64,000 nt of DNA, taken from positions 29,185 to 93,184 of IMG/VR virus record IMGVR_UViG_3300010885_040738, one strand, 5' to 3'. How positions within the stretch are numbered: position 1 is the first letter of the stretch; each line of letters opens with the position of its first letter. The position numbers and the translations under genes were made by a program. The notes below the pieces were generated by a model, which was given only the letters and a program-made list of their open reading frames with translations, ran no database searches and had not been told where the DNA came from. The stretch comes from a virus. Below are positions 28,732-39,088 of this stretch, one piece after another.

Positions 28732-29214
28732 ATGGCCGCAGCTACACTCACCACCAACGCGCCTGGTCGGCAATCCTCGCCAATCAATGTTGCCACCTTC
28801 ATCCCTGTCACGGTCACCCTGACTGCAACCGTTTACGCGGCGGCCAGCGGCGGCGCTCCGATCGACCTCACAACCGTCCTCCAGCAGGCAGCGCCTTCTG
28901 GCTGGGATGCGCCCAACTATGTTCAGGCGATCAACCCGGCTGACGTCGTTGGCATTTTCGCCCCAAACCTTTCGACAAACGGATTCCTGCCGATGTCGCT
29001 CGTGATCGGGACCCCGACGTACACGGCGGTTCCCGGGCAGTCCGCCAACGGCGTGTCTGCCACTCCCGGCATTCTTGCCACCTGCCCTGCAACGTTCCGC
29101 CTCTTCGGGACTGGCGCAGGTAACGCCCTCGCTCTCGCTCAGGTGGCTGACGGTGCCGTCACCGACGCCGTCACCTTCTGGCTTGTCGTCATGCGCAACG
29201 GCGCGAACAACTAA
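28732..29214 (+). CDS. Probable abundant structural protein (decoration or tail)
   Basis: TAAGGAG SD; MCP-like codon bias; Ala/Thr-rich. Confidence 0.65.
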   Translation: MAAATLTTNAPGRQSSPINVATFIPVTVTLTATVYAAASGGAPIDLTTVLQQAAPSGWDAPNYVQAINPADVVGIFAPNLSTNGFLPMSLVIGTPTYTAVPGQSANGVSATPGILATCPATFRLFGTGAGNALALAQVADGAVTDAVTFWLVVMRNGANN

Positions 29215-29243
29215 GCGGCAACTGAGGCTCAAGGACAACTACC

Positions 29244-29984
29244 ATGGCCATAATTGCAAGCACCGGCAAGCGCCGGAATTTCAGAGAATCGCTCTGGGCG
29301 ATCGTCAATCAGTGCTGGTTCGGCGTTGATTCAACTGGCATTGACCTGCCTCCCCTCGCACTTAACGCTGCATTCATCACGGGCGTCAATGCGGCAGGTA
29401 CGGGGGTCGTCAATCTGATCGGCCCGAACGCAGCCGACGGGGCAACTATCCCTGTCGCGCTCACCGTCACTGGTGCATTTACCCCTACCGGTGGGGCTGT
29501 TCAAACCTCCGCCACCACATGGAAGCATCAGTATGCCGGTGGCATCACGCCAATTGCGACGACCAGCGGGACAGACACGGCCGGCATTAACGGCACGGTT
29601 TTTATCTCCGAAATATTCGTCCCGGCGAATATGACACTGACCGGCCTCAGCTTCCTCATTGGCACAGTTGGCGGCACCGACAAGGCCATCGCCATGTTGT
29701 TCAGTTCAGCTGGCGCTCTTCTGGCGAACTCCGCGCTGGCCGGCGTAACTGTCAGCACTGCGGCGACCTTCCAGCGGCTTCCGTTCACCGCGACTTATGC
29801 TGCGATTGGGCCCGGCAAGTATTACGTCGGCGTTCAATACAACGGCGCAACGGCGAAGATCCGGACCCAGCCAGCCGGGGACCACGACGCGGTCTCCATC
29901 TCGCAGACATTCGGGACGCCGGTGGCAATTACCGCGCCATCGACGTTCACTGCGTCTACCGGGCCGATTTCAATGCTGTACTAA
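29244..29984 (+). CDS. Structural/fibre-like protein
   Basis: AAGGA SD; Gly/Thr/Ala-rich beta protein. Confidence 0.65.
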   Translation: MAIIASTGKRRNFRESLWAIVNQCWFGVDSTGIDLPPLALNAAFITGVNAAGTGVVNLIGPNAADGATIPVALTVTGAFTPTGGAVQTSATTWKHQYAGGITPIATTSGTDTAGINGTVFISEIFVPANMTLTGLSFLIGTVGGTDKAIAMLFSSAGALLANSALAGVTVSTAATFQRLPFTATYAAIGPGKYYVGVQYNGATAKIRTQPAGDHDAVSISQTFGTPVAITAPSTFTASTGPISMLY

Positions 29985-29992
29985 GGGAGCCA

Positions 29993-30322
29993 ATGGAACT
30001 GACAGTCGCAGAGCGCCTGCTTCTGTTTCGCGTGATACCGCCCGCCGAAGGAGACTTTCTCTTTCTGCGGGCGGTGCGTGCGTTACGTGAAAGCCTTGCT
30101 CTTTCCCCGGAAGAGATCGCCGAACTTTCCTTTGAGCAGCGTCAAGTTGGCGATGGCGTTCGTTACAGCTGGAACCCGGAAAAAGCCGTCGGCCATGTTC
30201 GCGAGATTGAGATCCCGGCCGTAGTGGCTCCGTACATCTCTCGCAGCATCCTTGCGGCAAAGGGGCTGCAGGAAGAGCACTTGGACTTTTATGGCCGATT
30301 CGTTTTAGAGGAGCAAAAGTGA
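29993..30322 (+). CDS. Hypothetical protein (possible tail chaperone)
   Basis: GGAG SD; acidic, no signal peptide. Confidence 0.6.
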   Translation: MELTVAERLLLFRVIPPAEGDFLFLRAVRALRESLALSPEEIAELSFEQRQVGDGVRYSWNPEKAVGHVREIEIPAVVAPYISRSILAAKGLQEEHLDFYGRFVLEEQK

Positions 30323-32583
30323 GAGTCCTGGTATTGTTAACATTGGCTATTTCGGCGTTCGGCCAAACCGTTACGCAGGTTGACTACAACACGCAGGTCA
30401 AGAACAGGCCGATTGTTTCCGATGCGGGCGCCGCAACTTTTGCAGTTGCTTGTGCTCGGGGCTCTGGTGGCGCAACTGTTTCAGTCACAGTAGCGTGGCT
30501 CAACGTACCAACACAGTCATGCTCGGCCAATCTGGCGTTTAACGGCGGGAGTATCCAGCCTGCCGCTGGCGCGACTGTGACGCTTACTGGGTCTATTACC
30601 GCGCCACCAAACAAGATTCTGGACTACTCAGCAGGCGGAACTGTTAATTTGAGCGGCTCGAAGCTGTCACTTGGGGTACTGCCGCAGTGGCTGGGAGTGA
30701 CCGGAAGCGGAGCCAACGAGACCGTCAACCTGCAAAACGCGCTTGATATCTCTGTTGCATCTGGAAAACCTTTGTATGTTCCCACAGGGACCTATGCGAT
30801 GTGCAACATTTCCACCACTACAACGGGGGCTGTGACTATTACTGGTGCGGGAATGAATCAGTCGAAGTTTATTCGCCACAGTTCCTGTCTGCACAGCACC
30901 GATACCATGCTAACCGCAACCTTTACTGGTTCCAGCGGAACGGCTGAATTGCGAAACTTTAGCATAAGTAATGTATCGAGCAATGGTTCGCTAAATTCTG
31001 ATGACATTGACATCTTTGGAGCTTCGCGGGTTCTGGTAGATGGCTTGTACATTGCCAAAGCGGAAACTGCCGGACTGGGTATTCAGTCTTCCTCAAACGT
31101 AACCATCACAAATTCCACCATATTTGAGAACTACTGGTTCGGCATATCCGTCGCAAACGGTAATGACTGCTGTGGCGGAACAGCCACGCCAGCGTACCTC
31201 TACAACTACAACTTCAGCGGCAATACCTACGTCAATCAGCCTATCGGTTTGGGGCTGAACTTCTTCATGCAGATTATCAATATCTCTGGAGAGACGTTCG
31301 ACCGTAGCAATCTTTCTCTGGTACAGATGCCGCACGCGAAGGCGACGATCTCCAACATCACCATCAAAGGAGTTCCGACACAGGGATGTACCGCCGCATG
31401 TGGTTTACCTGCTACGCAAAACGGCCTATTCCTCGAAGGTGTTGCGGATCTCGATTTATCCGCATTTCACATTAGCGATCTGAGCGGCATCGAGGGTGGT
31501 ATTTTTTGCGTTGCTTCCACACTTACTATCCCAAATCCGGGAACAATGATTCAACTCCCCTGCTCAAATATCCACATAACGGGCGGAACCATAACCGATG
31601 TCACCGCAGGTTACTCAATTTCTATCGCTGGGCAAAGCCCTGGCCCAGGACCCGTAATTGGCCAGAACAACACCATTAAAGGCACCGTGTTGAAGGGCGT
31701 AAACCAGTGCCCTATAATTTCAAGCACGGATGGTTTTGAAATCTCGGATGTTTCCTGCGAGAATGCTGCAAATGGCGGTTTTAGCTTAGGATCTGTGCTT
31801 AACGGCGTTTTCCAAAACAATCGCTGCCGTAATTGCAATACAGCAGGTGGAGGTGGGAACTACCCAGGATTAACTCTCAGCGGGGCCACCTTGCGGCGGG
31901 TGAAAGTCTTCAATAACACATTCGAGAACAACGGAAGTTCCCTCAACTACGGGATTAGGGACACAACCGGAGTAGCAAATAACGGGGCCGAGATTCAATA
32001 CTCTGGTAACATCTGCGCCACTGGATGCCCCACATTGTACAATCCAGCACCAGCCGCTCCATTAGCGGGTACTTGGGCTGTCGGTAGTGTGGTTGAAAAC
32101 AATTATTCCTCCGGTGGTATAACGGGTTGGCGCAATACAGTCGCGGGAACTCCCGGAACATGGCAGACAATGGGCTACCTTGACCCAGATTCCCGCTACA
32201 CCACCATAGCCAGTAATCCTGTTCTGCTAAAAGGGACAATAAGCAATGTTTCCCAAACCGCCGCTTTCGGCCCAGCCCCTATCAATAGCGGCACTCTGTC
32301 TACGGGACTGTACAGAGTTTCGTATCGGGCACGTAGCACAGCGGCATGTGCGACACCGGGGCCAGGTTCACTTCAGGTTAATCTGGCATGGATAGATGAA
32401 TTATTCGGCGTTTCGACTACTGTAATTACAATGGCTTTGGGGTCAGTAGTTACTAACCCAGTGCAAGGAGTGTACATTCTATACGTAGGCAACACCTACG
32501 TTAATTATCAGGCATACTACACTGCCTGTACAACAGGAACCGGGACGTATAGCCTGCAACTTACTTTAGAGAAGTTGCAATGA
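30319..32583 (+). CDS. Tailspike 1 (right-handed beta-helix, pectin-lyase-like) with a signal peptide; Cys-rich
   Basis: MRVLVLLTLAISAFG|Q; LQNALD..LYVPTGTY beta-helix entry; Asn ladders; lower GC. Confidence 0.8.
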   Translation: MRVLVLLTLAISAFGQTVTQVDYNTQVKNRPIVSDAGAATFAVACARGSGGATVSVTVAWLNVPTQSCSANLAFNGGSIQPAAGATVTLTGSITAPPNKILDYSAGGTVNLSGSKLSLGVLPQWLGVTGSGANETVNLQNALDISVASGKPLYVPTGTYAMCNISTTTTGAVTITGAGMNQSKFIRHSSCLHSTDTMLTATFTGSSGTAELRNFSISNVSSNGSLNSDDIDIFGASRVLVDGLYIAKAETAGLGIQSSSNVTITNSTIFENYWFGISVANGNDCCGGTATPAYLYNYNFSGNTYVNQPIGLGLNFFMQIINISGETFDRSNLSLVQMPHAKATISNITIKGVPTQGCTAACGLPATQNGLFLEGVADLDLSAFHISDLSGIEGGIFCVASTLTIPNPGTMIQLPCSNIHITGGTITDVTAGYSISIAGQSPGPGPVIGQNNTIKGTVLKGVNQCPIISSTDGFEISDVSCENAANGGFSLGSVLNGVFQNNRCRNCNTAGGGGNYPGLTLSGATLRRVKVFNNTFENNGSSLNYGIRDTTGVANNGAEIQYSGNICATGCPTLYNPAPAAPLAGTWAVGSVVENNYSSGGITGWRNTVAGTPGTWQTMGYLDPDSRYTTIASNPVLLKGTISNVSQTAAFGPAPINSGTLSTGLYRVSYRARSTAACATPGPGSLQVNLAWIDELFGVSTTVITMALGSVVTNPVQGVYILYVGNTYVNYQAYYTACTTGTGTYSLQLTLEKLQ

Positions 32584-34802
32584 GCATAAGCGGATTCGCC
32601 CCCGGGAAAGAGATTACCGTACCGCGTGGGGCGTGGCCCGTCATCGCGCAGCGCCGCAAAGGTACGCCTTCTCGCGCCAGCGCCATGCAGAACGCCCGAA
32701 TACAGTTCGGCACCGCCAGGAGCCGTGCGGGGACATCGGCGGTCTTCGCCGCGACCGGGAAGGTGAAGGCGATCAGCAATTGGATCACCCCGGGCGACGT
32801 GAACCTTGTGCTCTATCAGGATGGCGACATCCTAAAGTCGTACCGGCAGGATACGGTGACGTCAGCCACCATCCTCACTGGCCTGACGACAACCCGGTCG
32901 CCGGTCTTTGCGCCGCTCAACGTCTGGAATTACATTTGTGGGTACGACACGTCTGGCAACGGCACTATTCAAACCCGCGTGTTCGACGGAACAAACGCGG
33001 ACAAAGCATTTCGCGGGGCCCCGGTCGTGACTACTTGGGACGCGGTGGACTCCGGTGCCGGGCAATGCACCGCAGGGCAGCACTTCATTGGCTTCGTGTA
33101 CCAGAACAGAACAGGGTACTCTGGCATTCCGGTCACCGGCTCATCGTTTACGATCTCGGCCGCCACCAACGCGGCACCGTGCGTCCTGACTGCTGTTGGC
33201 AATAATCTTATTGACGGCCAAACCGTGACGATCGCCAGCGGCACAGGCAACACCGCAATCAACGGCACCCGGATTGTCACCAACCGCGTTGGCTCGAACT
33301 TCGAGCTTACCGACACCGACGGCAACGTCATCAATGGCAATGGAATCTATACCGGTGGCGGGACTGTCACAAACCCGATGCAGGTGACACTGACAGCCGG
33401 CCTTCGCAGCATTTCAGTGACGATCGACTTTCCGGCGCAAACTGACGGCGGTGCTGGTGCTGGCGGCGTTCAATCCACTTTGTTCCTGATCATGACCCGG
33501 GCCGACAACCCAAACATTCAGTACTTCATCCCAACCGACACGCAGAGTGGCAGCGTCGGCACGCAGCCGGTGCCATACAATACGCCAGCCACACTGACCT
33601 TCGTCGCCAGTATTTCGGACGAGGACATGGCGAACTCGCTGGCTGGTGACACTGCGCAGGCAAACTTTAACCTTCTCGCGCAGGACGCCGCCGGTAACGG
33701 CCCCTTCAATCCAAACTTTGTCGTCGCCTACGGGAACCGCATGTGTTACGGCGTCGGGACCACGATGTACGCCAGCGACATCAACAATCCTCAGCAGATC
33801 GCCGCCGACCTCAACGCGGTCCGGATGCAGAACCAGCGCAAGATGGGCGCTGCGTTCCAGTTGCCAGGGAACACGAACTTCTACATCACCGGTGACCAGT
33901 GGACCGGCTACGTCACGGACACCGGCGATTACCCGTCGACGTGGGCTCCTCCCGTCGGCGTGTCAGACAGCCTTGGCGCGCCATTCCAGAACTGCGTTTG
34001 CGCTCAAACCGGCGGCAACTGGGTGTGGATCGTGACGTCTGCCGGACCTTACCTCTACGACGGCGCCTATGGTGAGCAGCCGATCACTTACCTTTACTCC
34101 GGCTACGCTCCCGACGAGTCTCCGATCGGATGGAAGCGTGTCAACTGGAACGCTGCCTACGCCATCCAGATCAAGGACAATGTCAAGGAAAGCAAGCTCT
34201 ACATTGCAGTGCCCCTCGACGGCGCAACCGAGCCAAACTTCATGTTCTGCATTGACTACCTGCAGGGCAAGACTTTTGACACCTGCGACATCAGCTTGGA
34301 CGTCTACAACCCAGCGCAGTTCTCCAGCATCGGCATCGTGAAAGAGATTGCAACCGGAACCGCGAATCTTTGGATCGGCCCGGCTGCAGCTGGCAACGTT
34401 CGCCGCGTGGACGTGGCGACTCACAACGATGAAGGCTTGGCGATTGATTCGTACTGGGAGTCCGGGCTGTGCCGCGGCGCTGAGTTCCGGACATCAATGA
34501 TTCGCGTCGGCGCGGTTGACATCTGGGCCCGCGGGAATGCGCCTTTAGATGTCAACGGGAACCCGACGTTTACCGTGACACTGTATAGTCCAGATCATCA
34601 GGTGAGCGTCCCGTTCACCTTGCTCAGCACCCAGGGCGTGCCGGCTGCTTTAGTGCCTCAACCGGGGATTGGATACCAGAGCAAATCTGACATCTCAAAA
34701 ATCGAGAACTACTCTATAAGAGTTGGAACGAACGTTATCAACGGATGGTGGGAGCTCAGCATGCTTCGGCCGTACGCTAAGGCTGACCTTTACAACAGGT
34801 AA
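32580..34802 (+). CDS. Tail tubular/stabilisation (nozzle-like) protein with an E1-FCCH-like insert
   Basis: Beta-propeller-like sequence; ISAATNAAPCVLT..GQTVTI..INGTRIVT; C-terminal IDSYWESG..WELS. Confidence 0.65.
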   Translation: MSISGFAPGKEITVPRGAWPVIAQRRKGTPSRASAMQNARIQFGTARSRAGTSAVFAATGKVKAISNWITPGDVNLVLYQDGDILKSYRQDTVTSATILTGLTTTRSPVFAPLNVWNYICGYDTSGNGTIQTRVFDGTNADKAFRGAPVVTTWDAVDSGAGQCTAGQHFIGFVYQNRTGYSGIPVTGSSFTISAATNAAPCVLTAVGNNLIDGQTVTIASGTGNTAINGTRIVTNRVGSNFELTDTDGNVINGNGIYTGGGTVTNPMQVTLTAGLRSISVTIDFPAQTDGGAGAGGVQSTLFLIMTRADNPNIQYFIPTDTQSGSVGTQPVPYNTPATLTFVASISDEDMANSLAGDTAQANFNLLAQDAAGNGPFNPNFVVAYGNRMCYGVGTTMYASDINNPQQIAADLNAVRMQNQRKMGAAFQLPGNTNFYITGDQWTGYVTDTGDYPSTWAPPVGVSDSLGAPFQNCVCAQTGGNWVWIVTSAGPYLYDGAYGEQPITYLYSGYAPDESPIGWKRVNWNAAYAIQIKDNVKESKLYIAVPLDGATEPNFMFCIDYLQGKTFDTCDISLDVYNPAQFSSIGIVKEIATGTANLWIGPAAAGNVRRVDVATHNDEGLAIDSYWESGLCRGAEFRTSMIRVGAVDIWARGNAPLDVNGNPTFTVTLYSPDHQVSVPFTLLSTQGVPAALVPQPGIGYQSKSDISKIENYSIRVGTNVINGWWELSMLRPYAKADLYNR

Positions 34803-34806
34803 CATT

Positions 34807-36771
34807 ATGACAAAATATCTCGCTCTCGCATTTTTGGCAGTAGCAGCTTTTGGGCAACAGTCGAAGTTTGACTACCCGACGCAGATCAAGAATGGACCTC
34901 TCGTTTCCGATGCGGGCGCCGCGACTTTTGCGGCCGCTTGTGCTCGGGGTGCTTCCGGTGCGACTGTCTCAATTACTCAGGCATGGCTCAACGTTCCGAC
35001 ACAGTCCTGCGCGACCAATCTGGCGTTCAATGGCGGTAGTATCCAGCCTGCTAGTGGCGCAACGGTTACTTTAACTGGTACCATTACCGCTGCCGCGAGT
35101 AAGATATTCGACTATTCCGCTAGTGGAACGGTAAGTTTGGCGGGGGCTAAAATCGTTTCGGTTTTGCCTCAGTGGTGGGGAGCAAAGGGTGATTACAACT
35201 TTACCTCCGGTTCTGGTACAGATAATTGCACCGCTCTGAATGCCGCCTCTACGGCTGGTGGCCTTGTGCGAGTCACGAGCGGTTACTATTACAGTTCGTG
35301 CAAATGGACCATTTTAGCTAACACTCCGGTCACGATACAGGGGACTGGCGGCATAAATGATCCGAACAGCCCCCCAGTGTCGACAGCAGGCAAGTCGGTA
35401 ATCATATTTGCGGCTGGGGTTGCCGGGGTAGATTTTGTACAGGGCAATCGGTACTCCGCAATCGACGGAATGTACCTTTACTCAAAATCTACGGTTTTGG
35501 GTGCTACACAAAGCGGAATCACGGCACAGGATTCGTCAATCCGCATCACGAATAATGTAGTCTACGGGTTTGGCGAGGACGGCATTCACCTTGCCGACAC
35601 GTTTGAGACAGACCAGATGTTTGTGGTCAATAACTACGTGTGGAAAAACTTCAAACACGGGATAAGCTGTGCAAACAACATCTGCAATATCACCGCCGTC
35701 CAGAATAACCATGCGGTAATCAACGGCCAGTATGGATTCTACCTGACCGGAGGCTCGGGCAACGTGTACTCAGGGAATTACGCTTCCAATAATACAGTCG
35801 GTGATTACTACATCGGCAGTATCGGTAACACGCTCATCAATAACGTTTGTGAGGGTGGGCCGCCCGGTGGGTCCATGATTTTGGCTGGAGTTTATTTGAC
35901 GGTTTTTATGCAAGCTGTCGGAGATTGTCTAATTGAAAATGTGCCCTCAACAAACGGGTTGGTGAATAAAATCTACTATTCTGGGTACCAAGAGACTAAG
36001 GTATCCATCATACCCGCACCTACCGATGTAAACGTACAGTGCAACTCAACTGGTGGCCCGATCACATACGCCTGTACCGCGTACCCTGCGGTCGCAAGCT
36101 ACACAACCGGAATGGAGCTAAGATGGATCGCTAATGTATCAGCCACACCCGGCGCGGTTACCCTTAACGTCAGTGGTCTGGGCGCAAAGTCTGTTAAATT
36201 GGCGAACGGCACAACAGATCCGATTGCAGGAAGTATTGTCATCGGGCAAAGACGACGTTTAGTGTATGACGGCACAGTATTTCGGATATTGCAGCCTGAA
36301 TACTCTCTTGGCGTAGGGTCCAATGATACAGTAGTGACCTTCAGGGATGAAACAAATAACGTTGCAATCTGGGATTACAGCGCCCTGACCGGAAAATTTA
36401 CGTTGAAAACTGGCTTGATCTTTGATGTGCCTCTTAAGATTTCGCAAATTGGGTCTAATCCAGCCTTAGAGCTTTTTAAAAACGACAACACTGGGGCAAG
36501 TGCCATAAGTTCAATTTTGAATTTTAGCGCCCTCACAGGGGCTGGCCCCACTGAGGGTATTTATGCGTCCATCCGATCTGCAATTTTTGACAACACTCCC
36601 GGAGCACAACGCGGCCTCCTGCATTTATACACGGCACAGGGAAGTGGTACGCCGACGATAGGAGTAACGATCACCGGGTATGGGGCTGTGATTATCCCTG
36701 CACTTGCCGGGGGCGGTGCAACCGGAGCATGTATTGCGAATAACGGAGAAATTTACAGGGCGCCATGTTAA
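34807..36771 (+). CDS. Tailspike 2 (beta-helix) with a signal peptide; N-terminal ~100 aa paralogous to tailspike 1
   Basis: MTKYLALAFLAVAAFG|Q; PQWWGAKGD..TDNCTALNAA; TLNVSGLGAK domain; lower GC. Confidence 0.8.
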   Translation: MTKYLALAFLAVAAFGQQSKFDYPTQIKNGPLVSDAGAATFAAACARGASGATVSITQAWLNVPTQSCATNLAFNGGSIQPASGATVTLTGTITAAASKIFDYSASGTVSLAGAKIVSVLPQWWGAKGDYNFTSGSGTDNCTALNAASTAGGLVRVTSGYYYSSCKWTILANTPVTIQGTGGINDPNSPPVSTAGKSVIIFAAGVAGVDFVQGNRYSAIDGMYLYSKSTVLGATQSGITAQDSSIRITNNVVYGFGEDGIHLADTFETDQMFVVNNYVWKNFKHGISCANNICNITAVQNNHAVINGQYGFYLTGGSGNVYSGNYASNNTVGDYYIGSIGNTLINNVCEGGPPGGSMILAGVYLTVFMQAVGDCLIENVPSTNGLVNKIYYSGYQETKVSIIPAPTDVNVQCNSTGGPITYACTAYPAVASYTTGMELRWIANVSATPGAVTLNVSGLGAKSVKLANGTTDPIAGSIVIGQRRRLVYDGTVFRILQPEYSLGVGSNDTVVTFRDETNNVAIWDYSALTGKFTLKTGLIFDVPLKISQIGSNPALELFKNDNTGASAISSILNFSALTGAGPTEGIYASIRSAIFDNTPGAQRGLLHLYTAQGSGTPTIGVTITGYGAVIIPALAGGGATGACIANNGEIYRAPC

Positions 36772-36833
36772 CCACAGGAGATAATCCATGAGCCGTTTTA
36801 CAGACACCCAACTAACTACGCTTCAGGAGCGGC

Positions 36834-37039
36834 TGCAATGAGCATAAGCGGATTTGCCCCCGGGAAAGAGATAAGGCCGCGCAGGCAGAAAATAGCGGGG
36901 GATCAATGAGCATCCCGTGACACTGTATAGTCCAGATCATCAGGTGAGCGTCCCGTTTACTCTTTTGAACGTTGTCGACGGATGGTGGGAGCTGAGCATG
37001 CTGAGGCCGTACGCTCGGGCAGACCTTTACAACCGGTAG
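36834..37039 (+). pseudogene. Collapsed remnant of a second copy of the 32580-34802 tail gene
   Basis: 36834-36872 matches 32576-32614 (38/39); 36915-36957 matches 34573-34615 (43/43); 36967-37039 resembles 34730-34802 with mostly synonymous changes. Confidence 0.85.
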
Positions 37040-37755
37040 GCGGCCGCTGGGCACCCGGGCCAATGCCAAGAATCCGATGCGACGGCCATATCTGTGATCC
37101 AGTGCTTGCCGGTGACATCCTGACAGATATCAACCGACCACGCCCCACCACCAGATGCAGCCGCTGCCTTCATGGCGAGAATAGACAGTTCCGCCTGTGC
37201 CGGCTCATCATGTATTGATCGCAGAAGATCCCGCCAGCCGGTCCTCGATGGGCATCCATCGCCCACAGCGCCCTCCGGCCAGTACGGATGCTGGCAGATC
37301 ACGCGCTCAGGCGTTGCGAAGAACCGGCGTTCATTGGATATTGCCAGCCCGTCGAACGCAGTAAACTTGGCCTTCAGGGTAAGCCATTCGCGTACCAGGA
37401 TAGCGGTCGGGCCCTCGCGCTCCAGCCAGAACTTCAGTTCCTGATCTTCCAGTAGACGGCTGAGAACCCAGCCGACAGACCGATCTGACTCGGCGATTGA
37501 GCCGTCTGCGATCTGAACGCCTTTGAGCCCAGAGTGCTTGGCGCTGCCGAGGTCGGTCCGGATAAACGCAGGAATGCCAATCTCACCAGCCGCAAAGGCA
37601 ACTTCATTCACGAGCCGGTCAAACTCCGCCGATGGTTCGCCGTCGAAGATTGGCATGCAGGCTTGATGTTTGTACGGGATGACGATGGTCCGTGGCGTGG
37701 GTAGTCCGGCGGCTTCGATGCCCGAAAGCCAAATGTGGGAACTATTGCGGTTCAC
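37027..37755 (-). CDS. ATP-grasp enzyme, R2K/Cdc123-like clade
   Basis: FIRTDLGSAKH, ILVREWL, NERRFF, WSVDICQDVTGKHWITDM. Confidence 0.7.
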   Translation of the reverse strand: MNRNSSHIWLSGIEAAGLPTPRTIVIPYKHQACMPIFDGEPSAEFDRLVNEVAFAAGEIGIPAFIRTDLGSAKHSGLKGVQIADGSIAESDRSVGWVLSRLLEDQELKFWLEREGPTAILVREWLTLKAKFTAFDGLAISNERRFFATPERVICQHPYWPEGAVGDGCPSRTGWRDLLRSIHDEPAQAELSILAMKAAAASGGGAWSVDICQDVTGKHWITDMAVASDSWHWPGCPAAAYRL

Positions 37756-37940
37756 TTAGCGATACCAGATCCTTTACAGACCGTCCAATGTCCGCCGACC
37801 TCTACCAGATGATCTACCGATATCGCAGGGGCACCTTTGTACTTCCCGCTGGTCCGCCTCATGAATGACGGCCGGTAGTGCCGCACCTGCTGCCCGCACT
37901 TCCAACAGGGGCGATTGTTCCTTGTCGCGTGATTCCCCAT
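37752..37940 (-). CDS. Small basic Zn-binding protein
   Basis: CWKCG...H...CKGSG. Confidence 0.5.
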   Translation of the reverse strand: MGNHATRNNRPCWKCGQQVRHYRPSFMRRTSGKYKGAPAISVDHLVEVGGHWTVCKGSGIAK

Positions 37941-37941
37941 C

Positions 37942-38430
37942 CTACAGCCACCGGATCGCAGCAGCATTTATGCACAAGTGCATGAGGTTGTCGCATGCCA
38001 CCATTAACCACATTGCCAACCAAGCCGGTCGGTCCGAAGGATACCCGAACGAGTTCGCGCACTCAGGCCACGGAGGGTTGATCAGCATCTGCGTCACGTG
38101 ATCGCCATTAGCTGGATTCCGACATTTCCCCCGTATCCATTCGCCACTAGGTGCCGCAGTGTACTTATGCCAGACCTCCGGCGCTCCCAGCCAGTTCTTC
38201 GCCCAACAAACGTAACGAGCCAGCCGGTATCGGTCGATCAGGAAGTGAGTCCCGAAGATCGTCAGCCAGGCGACCGGCGACTGCGTGAGCAGCAGGAATG
38301 GCAAGGAGTAGGTCAGCGCGTGGCAGAACGCGGGAAAGTGCGCTTTGGTCTTATTGTTGGCTTGCCAATCGGACTGTAGGCAATAATCCCCAATCCCATG
38401 CAGCATAAGTTGGTCCGCGGTTACTATCAT
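37942..38430 (-). CDS. DUF3307-family membrane protein
   Basis: HGIGDYCLQS..ANNK, HALTY, THFLIDRY, DNLMH; AAGGA SD before the ATG at 38430. Confidence 0.8.
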   Translation of the reverse strand: MIVTADQLMLHGIGDYCLQSDWQANNKTKAHFPAFCHALTYSLPFLLLTQSPVAWLTIFGTHFLIDRYRLARYVCWAKNWLGAPEVWHKYTAAPSGEWIRGKCRNPANGDHVTQMLINPPWPECANSFGYPSDRPAWLAMWLMVACDNLMHLCINAAAIRWL

Positions 38431-38476
38431 GACTACATCCTTGTGACTACATATTGAATTATGATAACAATTAGAA

Positions 38477-39031
38477 ATGACATACACACCTGCTGACCTA
38501 AAAGCGTTTTGGTCTAAAGTTGACGTCCAAGGTGCCAGCCAGTGCTGGCTATGGAAAGGCACCAAAATGGCTGGCGGATATGGGCTTTTTGACCGAAGAA
38601 GGGGCGGGGTTAGGGTTGCTAGGAGATGCCACCGAATTGCCTATACCTTGGTAAAAGGAGAGATCCCGGATGGCCTTATGCTTCGCCACATGTGCGACAA
38701 CCCTCCGTGCTGCAATCCTGACCACCTGATACCAGGAACTGCAGCAGATAATTCCAAAGATATGGTTGAGAGGAACAGGCACTGGACACATCAAAGGCCA
38801 GATCTCATTCCGCGTGGGCCGCGTCATTGGATTGCGAGGCTTGGATCGTCGTCTTTGCCTCGCGGCGAGGATCATCACGAGGCAAAGCTGACTCGCGACA
38901 AAGTTAGGCAGATTCGAGCGCAATACGCTAATGGAAAAATTACGCAGCGCGGCTTGGCGAAAGCCTTCAACGTATCGCAAGGTCTTATTTGGCAGATCCT
39001 CAATAACCCTCACAGGTACTGGAGCGAATGA
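38477..39031 (+). mobile_element. Free-standing HNH homing endonuclease with a C-terminal HTH
   Basis: FWSKVD..CWLWKG..GYG..HRIAY..G.IPDGL.LRHMCDNPPCCNPDHL..GT..DN..DM; lower GC; antisense within the operon. Confidence 0.92.
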
Positions 39032-39088
39032 CTGTAGGACGTAATCCCCGATGGCGTGCAGGATAAACTGGTCGCCGGTGACTAGCAT
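39029..39088 (-). pseudogene. Orphaned original 5' end (20 codons) of the DUF3307 gene
   Basis: MLVTGDQFILHAIGDYVLQS versus MIVTADQLMLHGIGDYCLQS at 38430. Confidence 0.85.

Noticed and set aside
30319-37039. Diversity-generating retroelement (TR/VR pair) acting on tail genes
   Set aside because: No reverse transcriptase, and the mismatches between repeats are mostly synonymous rather than confined to adenines.
38549-39088. 179-aa minus-strand ORF
   Set aside because: Only its first 20 codons are meaningful (the DUF3307 stub); the rest is antisense read-through of the HNH gene.
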